This document shows, piece by piece, positions 26,095 to 36,589 of a stretch of DNA of 64,000 nt. The notes under the pieces are model-generated. The model saw nothing but the letters and a program-made list of their open reading frames with translations. It was not told the origin of the DNA and searched no databases. This stretch comes from Bacillota bacterium (lineage in GTDB: Bacteria > Bacillota > Dethiobacteria > DTU022 > PWGO01). How positions within the stretch are numbered: position 1 is the stretch's first letter; every line of letters begins with the position of its first letter. Position numbers and translations under genes: made by a program. The stretch is from contig JAAYSV010000008.1 in the NCBI GenBank assembly GCA_012518215.1, positions 166,452 through 230,451 on the forward strand. The letters run 5' to 3'.

Positions 26095-27207
26095 TCAAAA
26101 CTTTCCCGTATCCCTGTTCGGTACGGGCCAGACCTTGTTCGAATGGCCCCGTTCCCGTATTTTATCTTGCAAATATCCGGCCAACCAGGGGACGATGGGA
26201 TATTCGGTTCCATAATGCCCGGCATCAACGAGGGCCAGCCCCAGCGCCCGCGCCAGTTGAACATCATGATATTTCAGATCCCCGGAAACGAGGACATCGG
26301 CTCCCCTCTCCGCTGCGGTTCTGACCAGACTGCCACCACTGCCGCCGCAGAGGGCAATTGTCTTCACCGACCGCTGCGGATCCCCCCACGTTTGCACCTC
26401 ACCGATCTCCAGCAACTTTTTACATCTTTCCGAAAAACTTTTCAGCGTCAGCGATTTTCCCAGGGTTCCCAACCTTCCCAGGCCCAGGGGAATCCCCTCG
26501 CGGGCCAGTTCATACAGATCGTAGGCCACCTCCTCGTAGGGGTGGCTTCCTTGCAGAGCTTCCAGTACCTGCGTTTTCATGGAAAGAGGCATGACCGTCT
26601 CCAGGCGAAATTCCCTGGCCCGGTTGAGTCTACCCTCCTCTCCGCTGAAAGGCCGGCTGCCTTCCCGTGGCATGAAAGTGCCGCTTCCCTCCAGCTGAAA
26701 TGTACAGTGGCTGTAATTTCCGATCCACCCGCCCCCTGCATCCGTGATCGCTTCCCGGACTCCGCCCTCGTACCCCCCGGGAACAAAAACCACCAATTTC
26801 AGAAGAGGATCGGATGCGGTTACTTTCAGAACGGAAGTGCCCTGCAACGCGAAAAGCTCCGCCAGCAATGAATTTACCCCCCGTGGCGCAACATCCAGAT
26901 TGGTATGCGCCACGAATACATTCACATTATTGTGAATAATTGTTTCAATGAGCGCACCTTCGGGTGAACCGGTGTTTATCGCCTTCAAGGGATGGAAAAT
27001 AAGGGGATGATGGCTGATAATCACATTTGCATCCCGGGACAGTGCCTCATCGAGCACCGCAACGTCCATATCCAGAACGGTGATGATATTTCTGACTTCA
27101 GCAAGGGGATCGCCTATCTGCAGGCCAACATTGTCATGATCAAAGGCCAGATGAGGGGGAGCCAGGCCATCCATCAGATCAATCACTTCCCGAAGTTGCA
27201 ACGACAA
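26095..27207 (-). CDS. Nif3-family dinuclear metal centre protein (YqfO/GTP cyclohydrolase 1 type 2 homolog)
   Basis: 370 aa with N- and C-terminal NIF3 halves (MSLQLREVIDLMDGLAPPHLAFDHDNVGLQIG; HYGTEYPIVPWLAGYL) and an inserted domain. Confidence 0.85.
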   Translation of the reverse strand: MSLQLREVIDLMDGLAPPHLAFDHDNVGLQIGDPLAEVRNIITVLDMDVAVLDEALSRDANVIISHHPLIFHPLKAINTGSPEGALIETIIHNNVNVFVAHTNLDVAPRGVNSLLAELFALQGTSVLKVTASDPLLKLVVFVPGGYEGGVREAITDAGGGWIGNYSHCTFQLEGSGTFMPREGSRPFSGEEGRLNRAREFRLETVMPLSMKTQVLEALQGSHPYEEVAYDLYELAREGIPLGLGRLGTLGKSLTLKSFSERCKKLLEIGEVQTWGDPQRSVKTIALCGGSGGSLVRTAAERGADVLVSGDLKYHDVQLARALGLALVDAGHYGTEYPIVPWLAGYLQDKIRERGHSNKVWPVPNRDTGKF

Positions 27208-27892
27208 GAGAAAGAACCTCCTTCAATCGCTTTCCTTTGCTTTTGTAATATCTCAGTTTCCTGAGAGCGGTGGTTCCCCTGGCCGTGCCCAGCGTATTCA
27301 TGATCCTTTCGCACCGTGAAATTTTTTCTTCGAGGTAGGGAATCAGCAGCGGATCCTTGTTCTCGATCAGCCCTGGCCCCACCTCCGACAGAAAATCATC
27401 CGGTTGCACCTGCCTGCCCTTCTCCACCACCATGATTTCATAAAAACGCCCTTTTTCGCGGGCCAGGCTCTCATTTTTGATACAGAAACCATGCGCCATC
27501 AGCCATCTGCGCAGCAGATAAACATCGGACATCGGCTGCAGAACGAAATATTTGAAAGCATCCAGTTTCCCGGCCCCTCCCTGCAATATCCTGCAGATTG
27601 TGCGGCCACCAAGGCCAGCGATGACAGCTACATCAACCTGCTCATCGCTCCCTATGGCCGAAAAACCGTCGCCGCAGCGCAACTCGATCCGGGAAGTTAG
27701 ATTGAACAGGTCAACCGTCTTCTGCGCTTTTTCCAGGTTCCCGGCAAGCTTTTCCACACCGATCACCTTGCGGCAAATACCTTCCATGACGAGATGGGCT
27801 GGAAGATAAGCATGGTCGGTTCCGATGTCCACCACGACACTTTCCGGTATGATACGGTTTGCCACTTCCGCCAGACGCGGCTTCAGTTTCAT
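27179..27892 (-). CDS. trmK: tRNA (adenine22-N1)-methyltransferase TrmK (YqfN family)
   Basis: MKLKPRLAEVANRIIPESVVVDIGTDHAYLPAHL... is a typical TrmK N-terminus. 29-nt overlap with nif3, as in the Bacillus trmK-nif3 pair. Confidence 0.85.
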   Translation of the reverse strand: MKLKPRLAEVANRIIPESVVVDIGTDHAYLPAHLVMEGICRKVIGVEKLAGNLEKAQKTVDLFNLTSRIELRCGDGFSAIGSDEQVDVAVIAGLGGRTICRILQGGAGKLDAFKYFVLQPMSDVYLLRRWLMAHGFCIKNESLAREKGRFYEIMVVEKGRQVQPDDFLSEVGPGLIENKDPLLIPYLEEKISRCERIMNTLGTARGTTALRKLRYYKSKGKRLKEVLSLVVATSGSD

Positions 27893-28345
27893 GTAAAGAC
27901 CACACCACCCAAAGTTAGCGGACAGAACACATTGTAACCGCTCGGAAAGTACTATTTACCTATTCCATAGAATTTATGAAAAACCCTTTTGTCAGAGGAT
28001 ATAATTTTCATGCACCGGCCACCTTCCTGGACATATTGGCTGCTCCGCCCGATAACCCTTGCAAGGGTAGCCCGGCGATCCCGGCCAGCCCGGAGCGGTT
28101 TGACTCGATCGAAACACTTTGATGACCCTGGATTATTTTTTGGTGGGGCCGGGTTGCTCTGTCCACTCCTCGGAAACAGAACAATGTCACGGATATGATC
28201 GGGCACCGGAGCGGACGCTCCGGCATTGTAACACCATACCACCCGATTCTGTTACAGCAGCTCCTGTGATTCCATGATTTCTTTCTGTGCAGGTGCCGGG
28301 GTTTGCGGATGTTTTCCGGGAACGGGGAAAGAACCACGAAAAGTC

Positions 28346-30157
28346 CTATTTTTCAAAATGCCTGGCCGTCAGGATGGCCGTGAAAGCTTCCTGCGGTATC
28401 TCCACCCTGCCTACCTGTTTCATCCTTTTCTTGCCTTCTTTCTGTTTCTCCAGTAATTTTCTCTTCCGGGTTACATCGCCGCCATACAGTTTTTCCGTGA
28501 CGTTCTTGCGGTAAGCCTTGATGGTTTCCCGGGCAATCACCTTGTTGTCAATCGAGGCCTGAACGGGCACATCGAACATCTGCCTGGGGATAATCCCCCT
28601 CAGTGCCTCCACCATCTCACGAGCCCGTCGGTAAGCCCGATCACCGTGGATGACAAAAGAAAGAGCATCCACTTTATCACCGGCCACCAGGATATCGACG
28701 AGCAACAGATCGGAGGCCCTGTACCCGGACAGGGAATAATCCAGGGAAGCATATCCGCGTGTTCTGGACTTGAGAAGATCAAAGAAATCATGGATAATCT
28801 CTGCCAGGGGAAGAAAATAAATCAGCCTTACCCGCCCGGACTCCAGATATTCCGTGTTCAGATATTCCCCCCTGCTCTCCTGGCAGAGTTCCATTACCGC
28901 GCCCATATATTCCGCCGGCAGGAGTATCGAGGCTTTCACATAGGGTTCCTCGATACTGGCCCTTTGTTCGAGCGGAGGGAATTGGGCCGGATTATCGATC
29001 TTCATCACCGTCCCGTCCTTGCAATGGACTTTGTAGATGACACTCGGTGCGGATATGATCAGGGCCAATCCATATTCTCTTTCCAATCTTTCCCGGACGA
29101 TATCCATATGCAACAATCCCAGGAATCCGCAGCGGAAACCGGGGCCCAGGGCCAGGCTGGTTTCCGGCTCGTATACAATGGCCGCATCGTTCAGTTTGAG
29201 TCTTTCCATCGCTTCCCGCAGGGAATTGAAGTCATTGCTATCCTGGGGATAAAGCCCACAGAAAACCATGGGTACCACGCGCCGATAGCCGGGAAGCGGT
29301 TCGGCTGCCGGTGTTGATGCGGATGTAACCGTATCACCCACCTGCGCATCGGCAACATTTTTTATGGAGGCAACCAGGTAACCAACTTCCCCGGCAGCCA
29401 GGCTTTCCGTAGGTTCCATTTCCGGTTGAAAAACCCCCGTCTCCAGCACCTCGAAAGCCTGTCCCGTACTCATGAATTTGATCATCGTTCCTTTTTGAAC
29501 CCGGCCTTCCATGATACGGATGTAGACGATAACCCCCCGGTAAACATCATAGCAAGAATCAAACACCAGGGCCCGAAGAGGTGCATCGGGGAGAACTGTC
29601 TTCGGCGGAGGAACCCTCCCGACGATCGCCTCCAGCACCTCGCTGATGCCCGTGCCCTCCTTGGCTGAAACCAGCAAGGGAGCATCTCCCCCGGCCCCCG
29701 GGATTTCCGCCAGTTCATCACCAACTCTTTCCGGATCGGCGTTCTCCAGATCGATCTTGTTGATAACCGGAATGATCCTCAACCCGTGTTCCAGGGCCAG
29801 GTAAATGTGGGCCATGGTCTGGGCTTCCACACCCTGAACAGCATCCACAACCAGGATAGCCCCTTCGCAAGCAGCAAGGCTTCTGGACACCTCGTAGGTG
29901 AAATCAACATGGCCGGGCGTATCGATCAGGTTCAGGACATATTCCTCCCCGTCCCCGGCCCGGTAGGCCAGGCGGACGGCCTGCAATTTTATGGTGATAC
30001 CCCGTTCGCGTTCCAGATCCATCCGATCAAGAACCTGTTCTCTCATCTTCCTGTCGGAAAGAGTTTCCGTCGCCTCCAGAAGACGATCGGCCAGGGTAGA
30101 TTTGCCGTGATCGATATGTGCAATGATACAGAAATTCCTGATCTTTTCAGAAGACAA
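28346..30157 (-). CDS. lepA: Translation elongation factor 4 (LepA)
   Basis: 603 aa: [28 protein letters not shown]... through the C-terminal ...[18 protein letters not shown]. Confidence 0.95.
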   Translation of the reverse strand: MSSEKIRNFCIIAHIDHGKSTLADRLLEATETLSDRKMREQVLDRMDLERERGITIKLQAVRLAYRAGDGEEYVLNLIDTPGHVDFTYEVSRSLAACEGAILVVDAVQGVEAQTMAHIYLALEHGLRIIPVINKIDLENADPERVGDELAEIPGAGGDAPLLVSAKEGTGISEVLEAIVGRVPPPKTVLPDAPLRALVFDSCYDVYRGVIVYIRIMEGRVQKGTMIKFMSTGQAFEVLETGVFQPEMEPTESLAAGEVGYLVASIKNVADAQVGDTVTSASTPAAEPLPGYRRVVPMVFCGLYPQDSNDFNSLREAMERLKLNDAAIVYEPETSLALGPGFRCGFLGLLHMDIVRERLEREYGLALIISAPSVIYKVHCKDGTVMKIDNPAQFPPLEQRASIEEPYVKASILLPAEYMGAVMELCQESRGEYLNTEYLESGRVRLIYFLPLAEIIHDFFDLLKSRTRGYASLDYSLSGYRASDLLLVDILVAGDKVDALSFVIHGDRAYRRAREMVEALRGIIPRQMFDVPVQASIDNKVIARETIKAYRKNVTEKLYGGDVTRKRKLLEKQKEGKKRMKQVGRVEIPQEAFTAILTARHFEK

Positions 30158-30359
30158 TGATTCAAGCCTCCGTCATCCATGTACTGACTCTCATTTTTGG
30201 GTAAAGACAGCATTGCCTGTCCATCTTCAATGGGGAAATGAATATCGTGCGGAACCGATCCTTCGTCACCCGGTCAGGTAAATACAACAGACAGGGATCT
30301 GTCAATCTTCACCGGGATGCCGGACTATCTTTCACTGTTTGAACAGAAAAAATCTCCCG

Positions 30360-31346
30360 TTAGAACCAATTGGCCTTGTTTTCCAGCCGTTCAGTGACAT
30401 TTACCCCGTAAAAATGCTCAATCGGCTGCAAGATTTCGGGGTTCTTCTCCCACACTTCCCTGATCGCATTCCTTGCCTTTTCCACACCTTCGGGGAGCAT
30501 CCGGCCCAGGGGTTGCCGGCACCCGCCCGCAGGCATACCCAGCCCCCGCATCATCGTCTTCACGGGAACCGGATTCCTGAATTTATGTTGGCCGCAGGCA
30601 ACCGTTACCATGCTCAGCAACGGCTCCAGCGCTTCTTTGATCTCCCGGGCCCTGTCGGTCTCGCCCCTCAGGATACAGTCACACATTTCCTTCATCGCCC
30701 GCGGCGCAATGTTGGAAATCACGGAAATCACGCCGGATGCCCTTATCTGTTCATCGGTCATCATTTTGTAAGTCAGATCATCATCCCCGGAAATGATATG
30801 AAATCGGTCGGGCATTATCCTTCTTGTCTCTCTCATCCTCTCCAGATCCCCCGTCGCCTCCTTGACCGCTCTCACATTGGGGTAACGGCGGGCCAGAACC
30901 TCCATATCTTCCGGTAACAGGGCGCACCCGGTGCGTCCGGGGATCACATATGGGCAGATGAGCAGATCGGGGAATTTTTCCGCGGCAGGGCGGTAATACT
31001 CTTCCCGCAATTCAAGCGATGACGGCCCATTGTAATAGCAATCCACCAGCAGCAACCCGTCACATCCCACCGCCCGAGCCGACTCCCCATATTTTAACAT
31101 CTCCCTGGTGGAGTTGGAACCGGTCCCGGCCATGACAAAAACATCTTCCCTGGCCATCCTGGCAATCACGTTGGCGTGTTCCATCGGGGTCAGGGTCGGC
31201 GATTCGCCCGTTGTCCCGGCAGGAACCAATCCCCTGATCCCTTCCTGTATCTGAAATAGAATATTTTTGTTTAACCCCGCCCAATCGATATCCCCCGTTT
31301 CATCGAATGGGGTTACCATGGCTGTAAAACATCCTATACTTTTCAT
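30360..31346 (-). CDS. DapA-family lyase (4-hydroxy-tetrahydrodipicolinate synthase / N-acetylneuraminate lyase superfamily)
   Basis: ORF 30360..31361 trimmed to ATG 31346 (SD GAGGAGG, spacer 7). Motifs MVTPFDETGDID and GTTGESPTL are present. It is ~35 aa longer at the C-terminus than canonical DapA, so the exact substrate is uncertain. Confidence 0.75.
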   Translation of the reverse strand: MKSIGCFTAMVTPFDETGDIDWAGLNKNILFQIQEGIRGLVPAGTTGESPTLTPMEHANVIARMAREDVFVMAGTGSNSTREMLKYGESARAVGCDGLLLVDCYYNGPSSLELREEYYRPAAEKFPDLLICPYVIPGRTGCALLPEDMEVLARRYPNVRAVKEATGDLERMRETRRIMPDRFHIISGDDDLTYKMMTDEQIRASGVISVISNIAPRAMKEMCDCILRGETDRAREIKEALEPLLSMVTVACGQHKFRNPVPVKTMMRGLGMPAGGCRQPLGRMLPEGVEKARNAIREVWEKNPEILQPIEHFYGVNVTERLENKANWF

Positions 31347-31673
31347 TTTGAACCTCCTCATTGATTCGGAATCATTTTCCTTGCAGCCGTTCCTGACACA
31401 GCTTGATTGAATGCCGGAAGCAAGCCGGAATCACCGCCAGCTATCATTATAATATGGCAAATGGACCACCATTGTAAACTTTTTGCTTGTTATTCTATCA
31501 TTCCGATTTGCGGCCCATTCCTTGCCCGTTCCCCGCGGATCGCGATCGGAACATTCACCGACCATGAAAAAACACCTTGCAAGTGAAAAATAAAGGTGGC
31601 ATGATTGTCAATCAACAGGTAAAAACATCCGTTTCCGGGATGCATTCCCCCGCTGCTGCTCTTCGGCGCCTGC

Positions 31674-32078
31674 CTATTTTTTGTATTTCTCCCGGTAAGG
31701 TTTGCCCGTATCCGTACGTTTGTTGAGGTAATCCCTTACAGCCGCTTTCAAGGCACTTGCACCCAGATTGGAACAATGCATCTTCTCTTCGGGCAGCCCT
31801 TCCAGGGCCTCGACAACATCCTGTTCGGTCATCTCCAGCGCCTCCCGAAGTGTCCGCCCCCTGGCCATCTCGGTGGTCATGCTCCCGACAGCTATTGCAG
31901 CCGTGCATCCGTAAACGATGAAACTTATATCCTCGATAACCCCCTTGCCCACCTTGATGAAGATGGTCATGGAATCACCGCAATTCGGATCGCCGCACAG
32001 ACCCACGCCATCGGGATCTTGCATGGTACCCACATTTTGAGGGCTTAAAAAATGGGCAATGACCATATCCGAGTACAT
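31674..32078 (-). CDS. iscU: NifU/IscU-type Fe-S cluster scaffold protein
   Basis: ORF 31674..32204 trimmed to ATG 32078 (SD GGAGG, spacer 9): MYSDMVIAHFLSPQNVGTMQDPDGVGLCGDPNCGDSM...GCTAAIAV...HCSNL, with the three conserved Cys. Confidence 0.8.
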   Translation of the reverse strand: MYSDMVIAHFLSPQNVGTMQDPDGVGLCGDPNCGDSMTIFIKVGKGVIEDISFIVYGCTAAIAVGSMTTEMARGRTLREALEMTEQDVVEALEGLPEEKMHCSNLGASALKAAVRDYLNKRTDTGKPYREKYKK

Positions 32079-32442
32079 TTCCGCCATCCTCCAAGGGAAA
32101 ACTACCATTAATATTATTTTATATGGGCCTCGATTGCAACACGGCCGCTGAATTTCATGTCGGTTATTTTCCGTGCATGGTGACAGAAACCGACATGAAG
32201 CCACGATGCAGTCCGGAAAAAATGCCTCTGGTCAGAAATATTTTCACCGTTGCAGATCGTGAAAACAAGGATGAACATGTAAATCCGGACGTCAGGATGT
32301 TGGCGCAAAACTGCCGTATTTATGAACAGGAAATAGCGAATAATATTATCAGGCAACCTGCAGGACACTGCACTGCTATTTTTCTTTACCTTTTGATTCG
32401 TTTTTATTATAATATGAATAAAAGAAAACAGAGGTGATGGAT

Positions 32443-32727
32443 ATGAGTAACAAGGGAGGTTTCATACTGGGTGTATTTATCGGTGGCCTACTCGGAGCGG
32501 CAGCAGGGCTTCTCTTTGCTCCCTCCGCGGGGGAGGAAACCAGAACCCAGCTCATGGAGAAGGGCAGGGAATGGAAAGATATCGCCACCGAGAAGGCCTT
32601 GATCAAATCGCAAGAGGCCATAAGCTCCACGAAAGAATTGATTGCCGGCCTCAAGGAACGCTTCCTGAACAGTGAAGAGGTTCAACTTGTCCTGGATCAG
32701 GTCGATGAAGGATTGTCGGGTGAATAA
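32443..32727 (+). CDS. YtxH-family small membrane-associated protein
   Basis: MSNKGGFILGVFIGGLLGAAAGLLFAPSAGEETR... is the characteristic YtxH glycine-zipper N-terminus. SD AGAGGTGA. Confidence 0.6.
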   Translation: MSNKGGFILGVFIGGLLGAAAGLLFAPSAGEETRTQLMEKGREWKDIATEKALIKSQEAISSTKELIAGLKERFLNSEEVQLVLDQVDEGLSGE

Positions 32728-32729
32728 GT

Positions 32730-33104
32730 ATGGACAACATGTGGATCTATGTTCTATTTTTCCCCACTATATTGAATACGATTCTTCTGCTCATCATGGT
32801 CGTTGCTCTTTACAAACTGGTCTCGGCCATGGGGAATTTGACATCGAAACTGGAAAGTTTTCTGGTTCGCAGCGAGGAAGAACTGTTCACCACTGCCGGT
32901 GCTTTTCGTGAACTTGCAACCCAGGGAGCAAATCTTCTTCAGATGGTCATGCAGATAGCCGACTCCTTTTTCTATACATACTCCATGAGGCAAAGCCCTT
33001 TCGTGGGCCAGAAATTGCCACAGATACTTTCGGGACTGAGTGTGGGTTGGGATCTGTTCAATTTCATAAAACGTCTTTTCAAAAGAGACAAAGCAAATAA
33101 TTAG
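32730..33104 (+). CDS. DUF948-like membrane protein (YtxG-like)
   Basis: N-terminal TM helix then coiled-coil region. It immediately follows the ytxH-like gene, as in ytxGHJ-type stress loci. Confidence 0.5.
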   Translation: MDNMWIYVLFFPTILNTILLLIMVVALYKLVSAMGNLTSKLESFLVRSEEELFTTAGAFRELATQGANLLQMVMQIADSFFYTYSMRQSPFVGQKLPQILSGLSVGWDLFNFIKRLFKRDKANN

Positions 33105-33124
33105 TTGATCGCCATTTTGAAATA

Positions 33125-33158
33125 AAGACTGCAACCGAAATTGCAGTCTTTGTTTTTT
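33125..33158. terminator. Bidirectional intrinsic terminator
   Basis: AAGACUGCAA-CCGAAA-UUGCAGUCUU followed by UGUUUUUUGG on the plus strand and UAUUUCAAAAU on the minus strand. It sits between the DUF948 gene (plus) and the pfp gene (minus). Confidence 0.75.
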
Positions 33159-33196
33159 GGTGTACGATTCTGCCCTGCATGCTGCACTGCCGTCAT

Positions 33197-34414
33197 CTAC
33201 TTTACCGACAATCTGGGAACGGCGGGAGCACGGAATCTGTAGCTGCGTGGCTGGCCCGAGCCCAGCAGGGGCCTCACATAATCGATGAATGCCGATGTAA
33301 CATCATTTCCATCCCTGTTGATAAAATCATCCGGCATATATCTCGTTTTACCGGCAACTTCCTCCAGGGGGGACAGCCTGTAGTCCACGGCATAATTGCC
33401 ACAACGCTGGATGGTAACCGAACCATCCCTGCCTTCCCAGATCGCGAACTGCACCCCTTTTTCTCCGACCTCCCTTGCCTCCTTCCGGTCCACATCCGAT
33501 ACACAACCGAAAAAAGACCTTTGCAGGTAGCCGAAGGTATCGGATCTGACCCTTTTGATCTTCAACCTGTCCCGGATAACATCACCAAGGAGATCGCCGA
33601 GAGCACCCGTTCCCGACAACTGCACGTTGCCATGAGCATCCTTCTCGATATTTTCTACCAGTTTGGCCATTACGGGGTTGCCCTCTTCATCCTGGATACC
33701 TTCGGAAACAGCGACCACACAACGCCCGAATTTTTCATGTGCCGCTTTGACATCGGCTACGTAACGCTCCAGATCAAAAGGCCTCTCCGGCAGGTAGACG
33801 AGGTGGGGGCCATCGTCATCGTAATGCCTCCCCGCAGCCGCCGCCGCAGTCAAAAATCCGGCATGCCGCCCCATGACCACCCCGATATAAACCCCGGGCA
33901 GGGAACGGTTATCCAGATTTACCCCCATGAAAGCCTGGGAGACAAACTTTGCTGCCGACCCGTACCCCGGGGTATGATCGTTGAGTACCAGGTCATTGTC
34001 AATTGTCTTGGGTATATGTACCGCCCTGAACTCGTAATCTTCCTGCCGGGCATGTTCCTTGACAAGATGCAACGTATCCGAAGAATCGTTGCCACCGATA
34101 TAAAAGAAATAACGTATATTGTAAGCTTTCAAGACGTTGAATATTTCGCGGCAGTACTGCTGGTCAGGTTTATCACGCGTCGACGACAGTGCTGCCGAAG
34201 GCATGGCCGCCACCTGTTCAAGGTTGTGAGTTGTCTCCTGTGTCAAGTCTATGAATTCCTCGTTGATGATCCCGGAAACCCCCCTGATCGCACCGTAAAC
34301 CTTTTCAATCAGCGGATACCTCTTCGCTTCCGTTACCACGCCGACAACCGATTGATTGATTACAGCCGTCGGGCCCCCTCCCTGCGCAACAACAGCATTC
34401 CCTTCCAGTTTCAT
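33197..34414 (-). CDS. pfp: 6-phosphofructokinase, long (~400 aa) form, probably pyrophosphate-dependent
   Basis: MKLEGNAVVAQGGGPTAVINQSVVG..., the GGNDS motif (Asp at the 4th position as in PPi-PFKs) and PKTIDNDL. SD AAGGAGG. Confidence 0.85.
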   Translation of the reverse strand: MKLEGNAVVAQGGGPTAVINQSVVGVVTEAKRYPLIEKVYGAIRGVSGIINEEFIDLTQETTHNLEQVAAMPSAALSSTRDKPDQQYCREIFNVLKAYNIRYFFYIGGNDSSDTLHLVKEHARQEDYEFRAVHIPKTIDNDLVLNDHTPGYGSAAKFVSQAFMGVNLDNRSLPGVYIGVVMGRHAGFLTAAAAAGRHYDDDGPHLVYLPERPFDLERYVADVKAAHEKFGRCVVAVSEGIQDEEGNPVMAKLVENIEKDAHGNVQLSGTGALGDLLGDVIRDRLKIKRVRSDTFGYLQRSFFGCVSDVDRKEAREVGEKGVQFAIWEGRDGSVTIQRCGNYAVDYRLSPLEEVAGKTRYMPDDFINRDGNDVTSAFIDYVRPLLGSGQPRSYRFRAPAVPRLSVK

Positions 34415-34995
34415 AAAGAACCTCCTTGATTGATGTTGTTAACTATGCGGCAAGTTTATTGCCGATCATGCCCTCTCCCTCCATATACATATATTATATT
34501 CTTTCCCGTTTTTTTAACTCGATGCCATCCCCCGATGTCTGGATATCGCATGCCCGACCATTTCCTGAAAAATTCCCATGCCAGGATAAACCAGGGGGAG
34601 CCTTTGTTCCGGAGAATACAATCGTGTCCTTTATTTTTCGATATTTCGTTACATGATTCCTTCAATACAATAAAATTCGGCAACCGGGTACCCGAAACCG
34701 GTGGCCAGGTACAGGAAAGAATACACGATGATACAATCAATAACTCTGCCTGCCCGTCCGCAGGGGAGTGTGGAAAAATCATGCAGCATGTACCGCCCGC
34801 TCCGGGGTTGGAAATCGCTTCATCCGGTCCATGCCCGATTTTTTGTGGACAATCAAGTTCTTCAATATCTCCGGCAAGAATATTATTAATTGAATAGCCT
34901 GATTCTCGGGTACAGCAGGAAGTTTTTTATCAACCGTCGAATACACCCAATAACTGCGTTTGGAATTTTCCAACAATTACAAGGGAGGGTTTACC

Positions 34996-36417
34996 ATGGC
35001 TATCAAAGTTGATCTTGATCCAGGCATGGAACATGAGCTGGACGATTTATCGTTCAAGGAGGCTCCCAAAATTGTCAGCGAGGTCCCCGGACCAAGAAGC
35101 AGGGAGATACTGGCTGCCGAGATGGAGAATGAAACACCGACCAGGGTCACACCGACCGTCCTTTCCACGGTCTGGGAAGAATCGAAAGGAGCAACGGTTA
35201 AAGACCCCGATGGCAATATCTTCATCGATCTTACCGCCGGTATAGCGGTAAACAATGTCGGGCATTGCCATCCCAGGGTGGTAGAAACCATCAGGCGGGA
35301 ATGTGGCCGCTTGATGCACAATCCGGATGCCACCACCGCCCACCGCGCGCAGCTGGGAAAGAAACTTCGGGAAATCGCCCCCGGTGAACTGAAAGGCAAA
35401 GCCAGGGTAGCCTACGGCCTGAGTGGTAGCTCCGCCGTGGAAATCGCCACCAAATTTGCCCGTGGGGTAACGGGGAAATCTCATATCATTGCCTTCCATG
35501 GAGCTTACCATGGTGTAATGGGCAGTACCCTGGGCTACACCACTTCCCAGCAGTTCCGCGCCAATTACAGACCGCTGAACCCCTTTGTCTATCACGTGGG
35601 ACCGTATGCTTACTGCTACCGCTGCCCCTGGAAAATGGAATACCCGCAGTGTGATCTGGAATGTGCCAGATATGTGGAACACCTCTTGCTGAGCCCCTCC
35701 ACCGGTATCGATATCGAGTCGGTCGCCGCCATGGTTGTCGAACCGATTCAGGGTGAGGGAGGATATGTACCTCCGCCGGATGGCTTTGTAAATGCCCTGA
35801 AGAACATCTGTGAGAAAGCCGGAATCTTCTATATCGATGACGAGGTACAGGCCGGCATGGGGCGGACGGGCAAAATGTTTGCCATCGATCATTATGGAAT
35901 CACTCCCGATTTCATCACCCTTGGCAAGGCCCTCGGAGGTGACCTGCCTTTCAGTGCCGTCATCATGAGGGAAGAGATTGCCGAAAATCTTGGACCCATG
36001 AGCCATATACTTACCGCAGCCGGAAATGCCACCTCCTGTGCGGTCGCCTGTACCAACCTGGATCTTCTGCAGGACGGTATCGTGGACAGGGCCGAAAAAT
36101 TGGGCCACTACACCCTGGCCATGCTCAAGGAGATGATGAACGAAATCGAAATAATCGGCGATGTTCGCGGCAAGGGGATGATGATCGCCATCGAGCTGGT
36201 CAGAAACAGGGACACCAGGGAGCCTCTCGATTATGGAGAAATACTGCAATTGCTTTGGGCGCTCAGGGACAGGGGGGTACTCTTCCTCCCCTGCGGCCAG
36301 TACAGCAATGTCTTCCGGATGATGCCCCCACTTGTGATCACCAGGGAACTCATCGATAAAGCGCTGGAGATCATACGCGAGGTCTTGAAAGATAACGAAA
36401 GCAGTATGTTGGCGTAA
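34996..36417 (+). CDS. Class-III (omega/4-aminobutyrate-type) aminotransferase
   Basis: ORF 34960..36417 trimmed to ATG 34996 (SD AAGGGAGGG, spacer 6). PLP motifs present: GSSAVEIATKFAR, DEVQAGMGRTGKMFA. Catalytic Lys in ITLGKALGG. Confidence 0.85.
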   Translation: MAIKVDLDPGMEHELDDLSFKEAPKIVSEVPGPRSREILAAEMENETPTRVTPTVLSTVWEESKGATVKDPDGNIFIDLTAGIAVNNVGHCHPRVVETIRRECGRLMHNPDATTAHRAQLGKKLREIAPGELKGKARVAYGLSGSSAVEIATKFARGVTGKSHIIAFHGAYHGVMGSTLGYTTSQQFRANYRPLNPFVYHVGPYAYCYRCPWKMEYPQCDLECARYVEHLLLSPSTGIDIESVAAMVVEPIQGEGGYVPPPDGFVNALKNICEKAGIFYIDDEVQAGMGRTGKMFAIDHYGITPDFITLGKALGGDLPFSAVIMREEIAENLGPMSHILTAAGNATSCAVACTNLDLLQDGIVDRAEKLGHYTLAMLKEMMNEIEIIGDVRGKGMMIAIELVRNRDTREPLDYGEILQLLWALRDRGVLFLPCGQYSNVFRMMPPLVITRELIDKALEIIREVLKDNESSMLA

Positions 36418-36442
36418 GGTAAAATCAATATCAACCGTGGAA

Positions 36443-36470
36443 AGCGGCGGTTATTCCCCCGCCGTTTTCC
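36443..36470 (+). terminator. Terminator after plus-strand aminotransferase
   Basis: GCGGCGG-UUAUUCCC-CCGCCG followed by UUUUCC. Confidence 0.5.
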
Positions 36471-36534
36471 CGCATGGCATATCATACTTCGGCAGATCTG
36501 CCACCGCCGCCACCGGCCAACATGAATGACAGGT

Positions 36535-36580
36535 CAAAAAAAGGACCCGTTTCTTGCGAAAGGGTCCTTTTTCATTTTTT
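36535..36580. terminator. Bidirectional terminator between the two convergent aminotransferase genes
   Basis: AAAAAAGGACCC-GUUUCUUGCGAAA-GGGUCCUUUUUCAUUUUUUU, with A-run and U-run on either side. Confidence 0.7.
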
Positions 36581-36589
36581 TGGAGCTTC

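Noticed and set aside
27893-28345. RNase P RNA, tmRNA, SRP RNA or 6S RNA in the lepA-trmK gap
   Set aside because: None of the universal motifs (GGAAAGTCCGG / ACAGAAxCCGGCTTA for RNase P; tRNA-like end for tmRNA; GGAAGCAGC for SRP) are present. It is left as an unexplained structured region.
33179-34429. 416-aa plus-strand ORF
   Set aside because: Antisense to the phosphofructokinase gene.
35047-36249. 400-aa minus-strand ORF
   Set aside because: Antisense to the plus-strand aminotransferase, which has clear PLP motifs.
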